Position numbers and translations under genes: made by a program. The notes under the pieces are model-generated. The model did no database searches, was not told the origin of the DNA, and saw only the letters and a list, made by a program, of their open reading frames with translations. A stretch of DNA of 64,000 bases from Candidatus Brocadiia bacterium (lineage in GTDB: Bacteria > Planctomycetota > Brocadiia > SM23-32). The stretch is taken from positions 128,001-192,000 of the forward strand of contig JBKHIT010000001.1 of the NCBI GenBank assembly GCA_046538485.1, given 5' to 3'. Shown one piece after another: positions 37,059 to 47,611 of the stretch (position 1 is the first letter of the stretch; the number at the start of each line of letters is the position of its first letter).

Positions 37059-39577
37059 TGTATCGATTACTTATTGTTTCATTATTTTGTTCCGTCCTGC
37101 TGGTCGGCGAAGCCGCCGCGGATATGACACTGGTGGATAAAAATACGGCGCCCTGTTCCGTGTTCATTCCCGACGGGTGCAGCAAAATAGAGCGGCTTGC
37201 CGGTACAGAACTGGCCAGGTATCTGAGCGAAATCTCAGGTCGAAAGTTTGAACTGAAGGCCGTCGCAAAACCACCGACCCGCCGCGTTATTCTTGTGGGA
37301 AATTTTGATCGCTCATACGCAAAGGGGCTTGGGTTTGACGGCTATGCCCTCCGCACCGAGAAAGACCGGCTCATTATCTGCGGCGTCCATTCGATGGGAA
37401 CAATTTACGGCGTATATGGATTCCTGGAAGACATACTCGGCTGCCGCTGGTGGTCGCACAACGAAGAGTTCGTACCGAGCAAGCAAACGATCCGTGTGCC
37501 CGAACTCGATGTGCGATGCGATCCCCCCTTCACAATGCACCACCTCTACAATCGGGAGGCTCAGAACAGGCGCAATAATTTCCGCTACAAATCGCGAAGC
37601 ACAGGGGCGGAATATTTCACCAGCGGCCACAGCCTCTATCCTCTTCTGAAAGATTACGCCAAAGAACATCCTGAGATATACCCCATGAATAAAAAAGGCG
37701 AGCGCAAGGCCAACAATCTTCATTTTTGCTACCTCGCCCCCGGCATCGCCCAAGCTCTGGCCGATGCTCTCGGCAAACACGTGGAGAGGCGGAAAGGCGA
37801 AGTAACGCATGCCATCTATTTCGCCGGCATGGGTGACTGGTACGGCGGGATGTGCCAGTGCGAAAAATGCAAAAAAGTCTATAAAGAAGAAACCTGGACC
37901 GATCCTGACGGTAGAAAGAAACCGGGATATACGGCGACACTTCTGCGCATGATGAACCGTACCGGTGAAATGCTGGATGAAAAATACCCGGGCATTCGAG
38001 TCGGCACGTTTGCGTACATGAGCCTGGAAGCGCCTCCGGCAAAAACCCGACCCGCTGAGAACGTGACGATACGGGTTCCCCGCCTCCGCCACTGCAGCGT
38101 TCACTCGGCCCGGACATGTCCCAGAAACCGCAGTTATCTGCGCAATCTCGAGCGTTGGTGCGAGATAACACCGGCCGGAGTGTACGTCTGGGAATACGGC
38201 GCAAACTTCAAAAACTTCATATTTCCCTGGCCCTGTATCCACTCGATTGCCGATAACATTCGTCTCTACAACCAGATGGGTATCCGGGGCGTAATGGTCC
38301 AGGGCAACTACGTGACGACCGGCAGCGACCTGGTCGTTCTTAAAAATTACGTGTGGCGTCGGCTTATATGGAATCCAAAACTGAAAACCGATCAGCTCAT
38401 TCGCGAATTTTGTGACGGCTATTATGGCCCCGCGGCGGATGAAATGTATGACTACGTCCAATCGTTGGAAAACTCCGTGCGTGAACCCAAGATGGTCCAT
38501 GCCAACGAATTTGCAAAACCGCCTTATCTCAGCGAAGAATCCCGGCAGAAACTCAGCAATCTTCGTGCAAAAGCGATAAAGGCATCCGGCGGCAAATCCC
38601 CCTACGAACGACGTGTCCGGGAAGGTACCGTCGGTATCGAGGCATTGCTCCTTTTTAACCCCGGTCCTCTTCAGAATAAGGACGGCAAACTTGTCGGCAA
38701 ACACATCGGTGAATATACCTATCCGCGCGCTCGTGATGTGGTTTCCCACGTTCGCAACTCCGGATTCAATGAATGGACGAATGGAAAATCCAATTGGACG
38801 GGATTCCTTCTCTCACACGGCGGCCCCCTGCACACACTTGCTGCGGGTGAAACAAAAGTAAAGATCGCGCCTCTGCTCCAGGGGCAGATACGGCAGATAA
38901 ATTACCGGGGCAAATCGTTGCTGGTCCCCGGTTCCGATCCAGAAAAACGATGGCATCCCGCCAGTGGGGGAAGTATAGCTGATATCGGAAATATCCTCTG
39001 GAGTACAGCGGACAAGGCTGATCCCAGAGCACTGACCCTGCACGATGCCTTTCATATACCGGGTTGGCGTTTCAGCAGCAAAGCGACGGCCCAAAAAAGA
39101 ATAGAACTTGGCCAAAAAGGTCAAACCATCCGTGTGCTGATTCAGAAAACTCGTGGGAAACCTGCCGCCGTCAATATCTCCACCACCTATCGGCTCGCCG
39201 GCAAAAAACCGTCAAATATTTGGTTTAAACGTGCCGACACCGACTGGAGGAGTTTATCCTTGAAAGCAGGACAAGCCCAGGCAGGAATTGACCAGATGCA
39301 GGCCTTCAAAATTGAACTTCCCCAACAGAACTGTGCCGCGGTCGACACCTATTCGTCCCCACCGGGCAAGGTGGCACGTATCGTACACGACAGAGAAAAA
39401 GGCACGCTTACAACCGTCGTCGCAACAGATCCCATCGGGAAATGGACAGGGGAAAAACAGTCACTCACCGATATGGAGATGCTGATGCAACTGGAAGAAC
39501 CGGCGAGATCCACCACCTCCAAAAATAAACCGCCCCTCCTGCGGAAACTGGAAATTATCCCTCTTTCCTCCGAATAA
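37058..39577 (+). CDS. Secreted DUF4838-type protein (GH-like N-terminal domain)
   Basis: Signal peptide; AGTELARYLSEISG, GTIYGVYGFLEDILGCRWW, EHPEIY, CQCEKC, FAY, YYGPAA. Confidence 0.75.
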   Translation: MYRLLIVSLFCSVLLVGEAAADMTLVDKNTAPCSVFIPDGCSKIERLAGTELARYLSEISGRKFELKAVAKPPTRRVILVGNFDRSYAKGLGFDGYALRTEKDRLIICGVHSMGTIYGVYGFLEDILGCRWWSHNEEFVPSKQTIRVPELDVRCDPPFTMHHLYNREAQNRRNNFRYKSRSTGAEYFTSGHSLYPLLKDYAKEHPEIYPMNKKGERKANNLHFCYLAPGIAQALADALGKHVERRKGEVTHAIYFAGMGDWYGGMCQCEKCKKVYKEETWTDPDGRKKPGYTATLLRMMNRTGEMLDEKYPGIRVGTFAYMSLEAPPAKTRPAENVTIRVPRLRHCSVHSARTCPRNRSYLRNLERWCEITPAGVYVWEYGANFKNFIFPWPCIHSIADNIRLYNQMGIRGVMVQGNYVTTGSDLVVLKNYVWRRLIWNPKLKTDQLIREFCDGYYGPAADEMYDYVQSLENSVREPKMVHANEFAKPPYLSEESRQKLSNLRAKAIKASGGKSPYERRVREGTVGIEALLLFNPGPLQNKDGKLVGKHIGEYTYPRARDVVSHVRNSGFNEWTNGKSNWTGFLLSHGGPLHTLAAGETKVKIAPLLQGQIRQINYRGKSLLVPGSDPEKRWHPASGGSIADIGNILWSTADKADPRALTLHDAFHIPGWRFSSKATAQKRIELGQKGQTIRVLIQKTRGKPAAVNISTTYRLAGKKPSNIWFKRADTDWRSLSLKAGQAQAGIDQMQAFKIELPQQNCAAVDTYSSPPGKVARIVHDREKGTLTTVVATDPIGKWTGEKQSLTDMEMLMQLEEPARSTTSKNKPPLLRKLEIIPLSSE

Positions 39578-39606
39578 GCGCCTCAGTAGAAAGGCGGATT
39601 GCCCTC

Positions 39607-42600
39607 ATGAAAAGGGTGCTGTGGCCGACCTTAACTTTACTCCTGGCCGTTCTTTTGGCCCCTCCGGCCTCAGCTGCCGAATTGATCACTCTTTCCCCGG
39701 AAAATTACGACGAATATCGACCCGATGGGAAAGAAGCGGAAGGGATATTCGGCGATTACGTGCTGCGCAATGATCACCTCGTGGCTGTGATAGGAAATCC
39801 CGATCTTGTTTCCGGACGAAGTTCCGGACGGTGGGGAAAACACCAGGTTAAGGGAGCCCTTCTGGACCTCACCTCGCGCTCTTCTAACAACGATCAGCTC
39901 AACGCTTTCTGGCCCGGACCCCTCGTGCACCGTCCTGACGCGCCACAGAAACAGAAACATTTCCCTGACGAAGCGCTTACCTGGAAACGCCCCGGTCGTG
40001 AGCCAAAAATGGGTAAGCGCGTGACCCTGGAAATCCCGCCCTACGAGATAGAAAGCGGCAAATTTCTTAAGGACCTTGCCGAGCTTCCTGCCAGCCGTCG
40101 TCCAAAGACGAGAATTTATGTCAAGCTGAATTACACGCTGGCCGACGGATGGGATCACCTGCTGGTGGAAGCGCTCTACAAGAACCCCACCAAAAAGGCC
40201 GTCCGACTCCAACCCGCAGCTATGCTCCGCGTGGACGGAACGTGGAAGTCCAATTTGGCTCTCAGCGGACGTTTTTTCTGGACGTACAATAAATGGTGGC
40301 AACAAGCATACGGCATCCTTGCCGATGGGCATCTCCTCCAGCTTCAGAAAGGCGGGCGTGAGTACCGATTACGCTATACTGCTGCGGAAGGCGACAAAAC
40401 CGCCATTCCGCCCGGAGGCCAGCTCCGCGTCGTGCGCAAGCTCTTTGCCGGCCAGAATCTGTTTGAAATCAAATCGGCGGCGGCCCGGCGGCTCGGTCGC
40501 CCCCTGCGGAACGTCTCGGTCTCAGTAAAAGACGCAAACGGCCCTGTGGCTCGGGCTGACATAACCGCGCTTATAGATAGCCAATCGTATGCCTCTGGCA
40601 GGACCGGCAGGGGTGGCAAACTCAAGATCAACTTGCCCACGGAACGCTGTGTTCTGCAGATCAAAGCCATCGGAAGACCTGCAAAGACAATAACGCTTCC
40701 GGCGAAAGGCCCTCAAAAGGTATCGATCAAACTTGCCCCACCGTCATATATCGCCGCCGAAATAAGCGATCCCGATGGCAAACCAATTCCCTGCAAAGTC
40801 CAGTTCCTGGGCAAAGACGGCACACCTGATCCTTTCTTTTTCCCAAAAACAGGAGCCCGTCTGGTTCGCAATACTGTCTACTCGCGAACGGGACGTTTTC
40901 GGCAGGCAATTGCGCCTGGCAATTACCGGGTTCTCGTCACGCACGGTCCGGAATACAACGTGATTGCCCGGGATCTTGCACCTGGCCGCGGGAAAACAAA
41001 AGTCCTGAAAGGAACCCTTACTCGCACCGTAGACACCACAGGATGGATCAGTGCGGATTTTCATAACCATTCCACGGTCAGCGCCGAGACAAATCTTTTT
41101 TATGTCTATCCTTACAGCTGGAATCCGGGCGTCGATGGTGATTCCAGTGCCAGTCAGAGGGGCCGCGTCCTGAATCTGCTGTGCGAAGGAATTGAATTTG
41201 CACCTCCGACCGAGCACAACACCGTCTCCAGTTACGCACCGCACCTCAAAGCCCTCGCGGCCGAGAATCTGCTGGCCACATGTCCCGGAATCGGTCTTTC
41301 GGCCGGAAGACGCCATACACTCACACACCAGAACGCTTTCCCTGTCCCTTACCAACCTGGGCGACAGGATGGAGGCGCGATTCAGCGTCCCGAACACTGC
41401 AGACAGATCACCTGGCTGCGGGATTGGCCCGGTGGGAACGACATGCTGATCCAGGTCAACGTCCCCCGCGGGGAAAAAGTGAAAGTCCGCCGGGAAATGG
41501 ATGTGCTGGATGTGGAAAATCTCGCCCCCCTGTTCGTCGAAAAGATCAATCCGAAGGATCAGAACCGCATACTCGAGTGGATCGATATCCTTAATAAGGG
41601 CTATCGCCTGCCCGGAGTCGTCGGCAGCGGAGCCTTTGACAATTACCACGGCTCCGGCGGCGTGCGCAATTACGTGAAAAGCCCGACCGACGATCCGGCG
41701 CAAATCAAATCATCGGATATCGTATCGGCAGCGCGCAGAGGAAATCTCATCATGACAACCGGGCCGTTCATCACCGCGGAAGCCAAAGCGACTGCCAATG
41801 GCAAAAACACCAGTGCACCCATAGGCGGGGGATTGAGCTCGGATGATGGGAATGTTCAACTCCACGTTAAAGTGCAGGCCCCCAAACGCATTAAAATCGA
41901 TCGTGTTATGATCCTTGCCAACGGGAAAAAGCGGTCTGATCTCGGTTTTCGGCACGACGGGTCAGACAAGAGTTTCCACGAAGGATCCCCCCCTTTTAAA
42001 AGAACTCTGAAGCTTGATCTGGAAGGTAACGCACACATCATCGTCGCCGTCCAGGGAAACGGTCCAAATCTCCGACGTCGTTCGGCTGATGGACCTGAGA
42101 CGATGAACCATTACGCCGTTGCCAACCCGATTTATGTGGATGTCGGCGGGGATGGTTTTCAGCCCCACTCTCCTTTCAACGATAAATGCAGGTGCGTTTT
42201 GAGCTGGCGCCGGAAACCTCTCGCCAAAGAAGAGGCAAAACCCGGGATCGTGCGTGCCACGATATGGAACCGGGGCAAGAAAGTTAATCGGGACACCATT
42301 TCCCTCCAATCCGAACCTCCCGATTGCATAGAAGTACTGGGAGAAAAACAAAAACGTTACACCGTCGGTCCGGGAGGCGAAGCAAATGTGGATTTTCACG
42401 TCAGGTTCACGGACGAATGGTTGAAGAAAGGCATGCCTGCCATCACTTACAGTTACATTTTCCATCGAAACCCCCGGATTCGTGTGCCCCGGTCGCCGGT
42501 CGGAGAGGGTCGTAAGGCAGCCGCACTCAGGATCAAGTGCAACCACCACGCCGAACAACTTCCGCCGGTCCGCTCTGTCGAAGAAATACCAAAGATCCTG

Positions 42601-43986
42601 AAAGATCAAATCCAATATCCGCTCTGGCGACGGAATCAGCGGTTCGGAACGGTGCGTTTTGCCATCGCCGGTGAGAAACTTGCCCTGCACGCCAATATTC
42701 AGGACGTCTCGCCTCAAAGACACAACAAGGTCAGAGAAAGCTCCAGTGTGGAAGTATTTGCCGCCGAACGGGGCAAACCCATCGGGCAGATTTTTCTGCT
42801 ACCGAAAATCGGCGACCAGGCAGCTGAAGCTCGGCAGCAGGTGAATGGCAAAGTGGTTCCCGCCCCCGGTGTCAAACTCCATTCCACCCCGACACAGCAA
42901 GGTTACGAACTTGTTGGGGTTATCCCGTTTTCCGTGCTGCCGATCGACCCGGCCGATCGCGTCATGATGATGGAATTTCGTGTTCGCACGCATCGCCGCA
43001 AAGGGACTCTCAGGCACGGAACAGTTTTCCAGAGCGGTGCTCCCGACCGTGATTACCTTCAGTTTGGCACTATCCGTGTTGCTGACAGAGTTAACGCAGG
43101 AATAAATGTGCTAAATCCGCCTCATGCGAACCGCAAAGGTCGCCCCGGCAAAATGCGGATCACTCTTCAGAACCGGAGTGATAAGCAGGCCAGTGACGAA
43201 CTGACGCTCGGCGCGCTGCCGGAGGGAGCGATTGAGATAATCGGCGAAAAAGTCCGTCATTACACAGTGGGACCCGGAGCCCGGACGGATATTGAATTCG
43301 ATTTTTGGATAGCTGACGATTTTTCCGGTAATTGCTTCGAGCTTCATATTCCCCGGTCGCCCCGATACGAAATTGTGAGGTCACCACGGCTTAAACTCGC
43401 CGCGCTTGCACAGAAACCGATCAGACTGACATCCGTGCCGGATCTTGGCGACGTTTCTGAAACGCTTGCCGGGTATTACCAGTACAAAATACGCTCAGGA
43501 AGCGGGCATGAAATGGCCCGTTTGCGTTTCGCCGTCGTCTCCGATCAACTGGTTTTGCATGCCCGAGTCGAAGATCCCAAAATCCGTCGCCATAAAACCG
43601 TGTGGAAGGGATCATGCCTTGAAGCGTTCGGAGCCTTACCCGACGAAGACAAAATCGGCCAAGTGTTTCTGGCTCCTGCTTCCGGGAAAACAGAGGCGGC
43701 CGGATTTCAGGCCACGAAACTCGGGATCGTCGCGGCCGAGGAAATAACCGTTGAGACACGCCCGACGGAAAAGGGATATGAGCTTGCGGCTTTGATTCCA
43801 CTCCGCATGTTGGCTCTGGACAGTGCAAAAGATGCGGTACGATGCGAGTTTCAGCTGACTGTCTCCCGCGATTCCAGAGGCAAGGACGTCCTTCGGAGCA
43901 CTCTTTTCGGCAGCAAACTGGCCTACAACAACACGTCCGAGTATGCTCTTGTGTTCATTGGCAAGCCCCGCCCCGAAAAAGATTAA
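39607..43986 (+). CDS. Secreted CehA/McbA-like PHP metallohydrolase with a duplicated Ig-like + CBM9-like C-terminal module
   Basis: Signal peptide; THGPEY, GWISADFHNHS, PTEHN, HQNAFP, TTGPFI, ANPIYVD; tandem repeat of about 300 aa. Confidence 0.75.
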   Translation: MKRVLWPTLTLLLAVLLAPPASAAELITLSPENYDEYRPDGKEAEGIFGDYVLRNDHLVAVIGNPDLVSGRSSGRWGKHQVKGALLDLTSRSSNNDQLNAFWPGPLVHRPDAPQKQKHFPDEALTWKRPGREPKMGKRVTLEIPPYEIESGKFLKDLAELPASRRPKTRIYVKLNYTLADGWDHLLVEALYKNPTKKAVRLQPAAMLRVDGTWKSNLALSGRFFWTYNKWWQQAYGILADGHLLQLQKGGREYRLRYTAAEGDKTAIPPGGQLRVVRKLFAGQNLFEIKSAAARRLGRPLRNVSVSVKDANGPVARADITALIDSQSYASGRTGRGGKLKINLPTERCVLQIKAIGRPAKTITLPAKGPQKVSIKLAPPSYIAAEISDPDGKPIPCKVQFLGKDGTPDPFFFPKTGARLVRNTVYSRTGRFRQAIAPGNYRVLVTHGPEYNVIARDLAPGRGKTKVLKGTLTRTVDTTGWISADFHNHSTVSAETNLFYVYPYSWNPGVDGDSSASQRGRVLNLLCEGIEFAPPTEHNTVSSYAPHLKALAAENLLATCPGIGLSAGRRHTLTHQNAFPVPYQPGRQDGGAIQRPEHCRQITWLRDWPGGNDMLIQVNVPRGEKVKVRREMDVLDVENLAPLFVEKINPKDQNRILEWIDILNKGYRLPGVVGSGAFDNYHGSGGVRNYVKSPTDDPAQIKSSDIVSAARRGNLIMTTGPFITAEAKATANGKNTSAPIGGGLSSDDGNVQLHVKVQAPKRIKIDRVMILANGKKRSDLGFRHDGSDKSFHEGSPPFKRTLKLDLEGNAHIIVAVQGNGPNLRRRSADGPETMNHYAVANPIYVDVGGDGFQPHSPFNDKCRCVLSWRRKPLAKEEAKPGIVRATIWNRGKKVNRDTISLQSEPPDCIEVLGEKQKRYTVGPGGEANVDFHVRFTDEWLKKGMPAITYSYIFHRNPRIRVPRSPVGEGRKAAALRIKCNHHAEQLPPVRSVEEIPKILKDQIQYPLWRRNQRFGTVRFAIAGEKLALHANIQDVSPQRHNKVRESSSVEVFAAERGKPIGQIFLLPKIGDQAAEARQQVNGKVVPAPGVKLHSTPTQQGYELVGVIPFSVLPIDPADRVMMMEFRVRTHRRKGTLRHGTVFQSGAPDRDYLQFGTIRVADRVNAGINVLNPPHANRKGRPGKMRITLQNRSDKQASDELTLGALPEGAIEIIGEKVRHYTVGPGARTDIEFDFWIADDFSGNCFELHIPRSPRYEIVRSPRLKLAALAQKPIRLTSVPDLGDVSETLAGYYQYKIRSGSGHEMARLRFAVVSDQLVLHARVEDPKIRRHKTVWKGSCLEAFGALPDEDKIGQVFLAPASGKTEAAGFQATKLGIVAAEEITVETRPTEKGYELAALIPLRMLALDSAKDAVRCEFQLTVSRDSRGKDVLRSTLFGSKLAYNNTSEYALVFIGKPRPEKD

Positions 43987-43990
43987 GCCG

Positions 43991-44860
43991 TTACGGATGG
44001 TTTGGCTTGCCCCAGAAATACCATGTACGGCTGGGATATTGCATTGTCCAGCCCTCACCGGAAACGGTGCGTTCAGTGGCGCGGTTACGCAGATCGGCAG
44101 ATTTTTTGCCGCCATCTGTCCAGTCGTACCACCGAGCCGAACCGTCGGTCCAGAGATAATTTCCCCCCGCGGGTGTGACGGGATAGCTGGTTTTTGCTGC
44201 ATCTGCTCCGCCGTTTTTCGGATGAGCCTGCACGCACCGGTAATCCCTGAAATTCCTGATCACATCGCCTATGAGCGGTGCTATATCCCGCATGCGCCAG
44301 GTAAGCCCGTAGTATTTCCTTATTCCCGACCATTTGTTCGCAGCCCAGGGATTTTTCAGGGGGAAGAAGTAATTATAGTAGGCATAATCCGTGTCGTCCG
44401 TCGGTTCCCTCACCGCCGGATACCACGAATGACGGACCATGATGTGGAAAGCCGCCGGCCAGTTGTAGCCCCAGTAGAAATATCTGTTGTAATCCACCCT
44501 CGGCGTCCAGCCCAATGACGAACCGGGCTGAACGTGCGGATCGCGCAAGAGACCTGGACACCAGCGAATGTCATCGGGCCAATAATCGAAAAAGGAACCG
44601 TAGTCCGAGGTGTAGGGGCTGGCACACATCCCTGTCCGGAATGCCGGGAGCGCGCCGTCGTGATCGTTCATGAATAGATGCGCGGCAACTCCGCAATCGT
44701 GCAGATTGGACAGACAGGAGATACGCAGCGCCCTCTCGCGCGCACTTTCAAGCGCAGGCATCAGCATCGCCGCCAGGATCGCAATGATGGCGATCACAAC
44801 AAGCAACTCGATAAGAGTAAAACCCCGCCGCTGATTTTCTGTCCATCCCATCTTAAACAC
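43991..44860 (-). CDS. Prepilin-type N-terminal cleavage/methylation protein (DUF1559-like)
   Basis: [37 protein letters not shown]...[13 protein letters not shown]. Confidence 0.9.
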   Translation of the reverse strand: MFKMGWTENQRRGFTLIELLVVIAIIAILAAMLMPALESARERALRISCLSNLHDCGVAAHLFMNDHDGALPAFRTGMCASPYTSDYGSFFDYWPDDIRWCPGLLRDPHVQPGSSLGWTPRVDYNRYFYWGYNWPAAFHIMVRHSWYPAVREPTDDTDYAYYNYFFPLKNPWAANKWSGIRKYYGLTWRMRDIAPLIGDVIRNFRDYRCVQAHPKNGGADAAKTSYPVTPAGGNYLWTDGSARWYDWTDGGKKSADLRNRATERTVSGEGWTMQYPSRTWYFWGKPNHP

Positions 44861-44920
44861 ACCGAAAAAAGGTCACGCTCACTGAGCTTCATTATACTTC
44901 GCCATAGACTATTTTTCCCC

Positions 44921-47269
44921 TTATTTCTTACTCCCTTCCTCAGCAATCTTGTTAAACAAGAACATCCGCTCGTAAATTCCGTTCGCCCCGAAACAGTCCC
45001 GGTTGCAGAAGACGCGCAATGCTATCACGTTCTGCCGGCCGGGTTTGAGCATGCCGCCAACGTCCATATCCATGGTGTGCGGCCGGAACCAGGGCGACTT
45101 ATACGGGCGACGTCCCGCGTACGCCCCATTGACCCAGACCCACGCTTCGTCTATGACGGCGGGGCACAGAAGCCGCGCCCGTTCGATGTCCGAATTTTTC
45201 GGCACATCGACGCGCATCCGGTACCATGCCAGCCCCTTGTAGGGATGTCCCTGTTTGTCCCGTAAACCTTCCTCCTGCCAGCCGTGGGTAGTGCTGGCGG
45301 TTTTCCAATCGCTGTCGTCGTAGTCGGCGCTCTGCCAGCGGGCATAAAAACCTTCATCGTGGGGATCTGTTCGGAAACGCGCCTCCCGCGGCATGACGGC
45401 GATCAGCTTGCCCACCGATCCATCCGTCTTTGCCAGCAGTTTCTCCATCCGTTTTTTCTCCCAATCCATATCGTAGACAGCATACGGTCGGTACCCCATG
45501 AAAGGCGTGATTTTGTTGGCGGCGTTATTGAGTTCCATCATCTCGCCCAGCAGTTCCGCCGCTTTCCGGTAATCACAACGCTGTTTGGCTTTTTCCATGG
45601 CCACATATTTCCGGAGATGGTCGAAAAGTAATCTTTCCAGGCGAACGCGAACTTTCTCCTTCTTGTTTTTCGCCAGTTTCTCCGCTCTGTCCATCAGCGG
45701 AGCAAGTTCGGCCATCAGTTTGTCGCTGTATATCTCCGGTAGAATTACATCCTCGTGCGCATGCTGTGGGGCTTCAGCAAACGCCTTTTCCAGCGCCGCG
45801 TAATAAGCCTGCATGGGAGCGGCAGCATGTCCAAACCACTTGCCGAAATAATCGTCAAGAATAGCGTCGACATCTGCCTTCACATTCCACTCCAGCCGGG
45901 CACGGACCACGCGTACAGGCACGCCGCACATTGACCAGTCGGCGTTCCCCTGGTCAAAAAATCCGATCGCGCCCCACTCTTTTACCTGTGGGATGTTCGC
46001 GCGAATTCGATGGACCATCGGCGTCAGAGTGCCTTTCCCCACGAGCATGGTGTAGTTGTAATTATAGATCCAGACCTTATCGCAGATCTCACACCAGCGT
46101 TTCAGCATCCGTCCCTGCCGCTGCATCTGCCAGCAGTGCTCGTCGTCGTAGGAATGGATCGTACAGGCCGGGATGTTTGCAAACATCACCACGAGATTAT
46201 CGTTCTCGTTAAACCCCTCCAGTTCGGGAGGCACATCCCGATTGGCGTAACCGTTCGTGGCGATCATGTGGTTCGGGAATTTTTCGTTCACCTCATCAAG
46301 GATGCGATCGATAAAATAAAACCACTCCTGACTGATTGATTCTCCCAGCTCGGGATCGCGGCTATTGCTGCCCATACCGTCAAATCCTGAGTGAAGTTTC
46401 ATACAATCCTCGCAGTAACACCGCGGGTGGCCATCGTCGGCCCCAATGACAGAAACCCTCTTGCCGTTTCGGGCGTCGGCTTTCACACGTTTGACGAAAT
46501 GTTCGATCATCCCCTCGCTGGTCATGCATGGCATGTGGGGATTGCGTTTCCCATTGCGCCGCAGAGCGAAATACTCGGGGTGTTCCTTGAAAAGGGCCTT
46601 CGACAGGTAACGGCGCACTGAACTGTCTCCCGGCACCCCGATCCAGCGAGCGCTGTCGGGATTCATCTTGTTGCGGATCTTCCATTCTCGCAGCTTCTTC
46701 CCCATATCGCCGCGTCCATGATCCCAGAAATTGCGCACCGGAAACGACGGCCTGTCGATCAGTTTCATCTCTGGAACTTTCAGCGTGGAGCGTTCGGGAA
46801 CGACCTCTCCGAATTCTCCGGGTATAAACCATCTCACCCCCAGTCGATGAAGCAACTCGCAGACGGCATAGCGGGTGCCGAAATACGGTTCCTCATCGTT
46901 GCCGGCGAGAACAAGCCGGTTTTTGTCACACCAAATAATGAAACCTTCTTCGCCGAGATCCCGACTCGAACCGCGCGGGATTTTGAGTCCTTTTATACTC
47001 TCGGTGGTTGAACTCCGACCGACCAGAACAAGCCGACCCTTTGGAGCGTTCCCAGCATCCACGATGGGCAATTCCGCACCGCTGATCTTTCTGACGTAAT
47101 ATTGTAACTCTTTGGCCGCAGTTTTTGCGTTTTCAGACGGTTTTTCCCCAATGACGAGCGTCGCCGCCGGTTTACCCTTTTGGGTCAAGACGAATTCGGC
47201 CGCGCTACATGGAACAGCAACAAAGCCCAACACCGCCATCACGACAAGGAATGAAGTCCCTGTTTTCAT
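44921..47269 (-). CDS. Secreted DUF4838-type protein with a C-terminal GH2-like sugar-binding domain
   Basis: Signal peptide from ATG 47269; AAKELQYYVRKISGA, GTRYAV..LGVRWF, EHPEYFA, CYCEDC; YKGLAWYR, DEAWVWVNG. Confidence 0.75.
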   Translation of the reverse strand: MKTGTSFLVVMAVLGFVAVPCSAAEFVLTQKGKPAATLVIGEKPSENAKTAAKELQYYVRKISGAELPIVDAGNAPKGRLVLVGRSSTTESIKGLKIPRGSSRDLGEEGFIIWCDKNRLVLAGNDEEPYFGTRYAVCELLHRLGVRWFIPGEFGEVVPERSTLKVPEMKLIDRPSFPVRNFWDHGRGDMGKKLREWKIRNKMNPDSARWIGVPGDSSVRRYLSKALFKEHPEYFALRRNGKRNPHMPCMTSEGMIEHFVKRVKADARNGKRVSVIGADDGHPRCYCEDCMKLHSGFDGMGSNSRDPELGESISQEWFYFIDRILDEVNEKFPNHMIATNGYANRDVPPELEGFNENDNLVVMFANIPACTIHSYDDEHCWQMQRQGRMLKRWCEICDKVWIYNYNYTMLVGKGTLTPMVHRIRANIPQVKEWGAIGFFDQGNADWSMCGVPVRVVRARLEWNVKADVDAILDDYFGKWFGHAAAPMQAYYAALEKAFAEAPQHAHEDVILPEIYSDKLMAELAPLMDRAEKLAKNKKEKVRVRLERLLFDHLRKYVAMEKAKQRCDYRKAAELLGEMMELNNAANKITPFMGYRPYAVYDMDWEKKRMEKLLAKTDGSVGKLIAVMPREARFRTDPHDEGFYARWQSADYDDSDWKTASTTHGWQEEGLRDKQGHPYKGLAWYRMRVDVPKNSDIERARLLCPAVIDEAWVWVNGAYAGRRPYKSPWFRPHTMDMDVGGMLKPGRQNVIALRVFCNRDCFGANGIYERMFLFNKIAEEGSKK

Positions 47270-47338
47270 CGCATAACCTCTCAAAAACAGAATATGGAGC
47301 ATATCCCGGAACAATGTGAGTAGTAACACACTTTGAAA

Positions 47339-47366
47339 AGTCTACCGCAAGGCACAACTTTATCAA
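47339..47366 (-). promoter_or_regulatory. Sigma70-type promoter of the DUF4838-prepilin pair
   Basis: TTGATA-16 bp-TAGACT. Confidence 0.5.
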
Positions 47367-47444
47367 CCCCGCTGATCCAGCCCGGGAAGGAACAATAGCC
47401 TTGCAGCCACCGCACCTATTTAGGCCGGGAATACCGCTTCATGA

Positions 47445-47490
47445 GTCATTGCGAATCCATCGCAAGATGGGCGAAGCAATCTCGTCGTTT
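47445..47490. repeat. Half copy of the GTCATTGCGA palindromic element
   Basis: gtcattgcgaatccatcgcaagatgggcgaagcaatctcgtcgttt closely matches the reverse complement of about 33557-33602. Confidence 0.75.
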
Positions 47491-47611
47491 TTTTCAAGCC
47501 AGCGTGGAGCGCTGGCAGGGTACCATAAACGTCCCGCTTTTGTGACACCAGAGTGCAAGGGTCAGTTTCAGCGAACAGAACCGGGATTTCGCGTCAACCA
47601 GTCCCGCCACT

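Noticed and set aside
36540..43960. Repeated domains as template/variable repeats of a diversity-generating retroelement
   Set aside because: In the segments compared, differences are mainly synonymous and involve all bases rather than being adenine-specific; no DGR RT is in the window.
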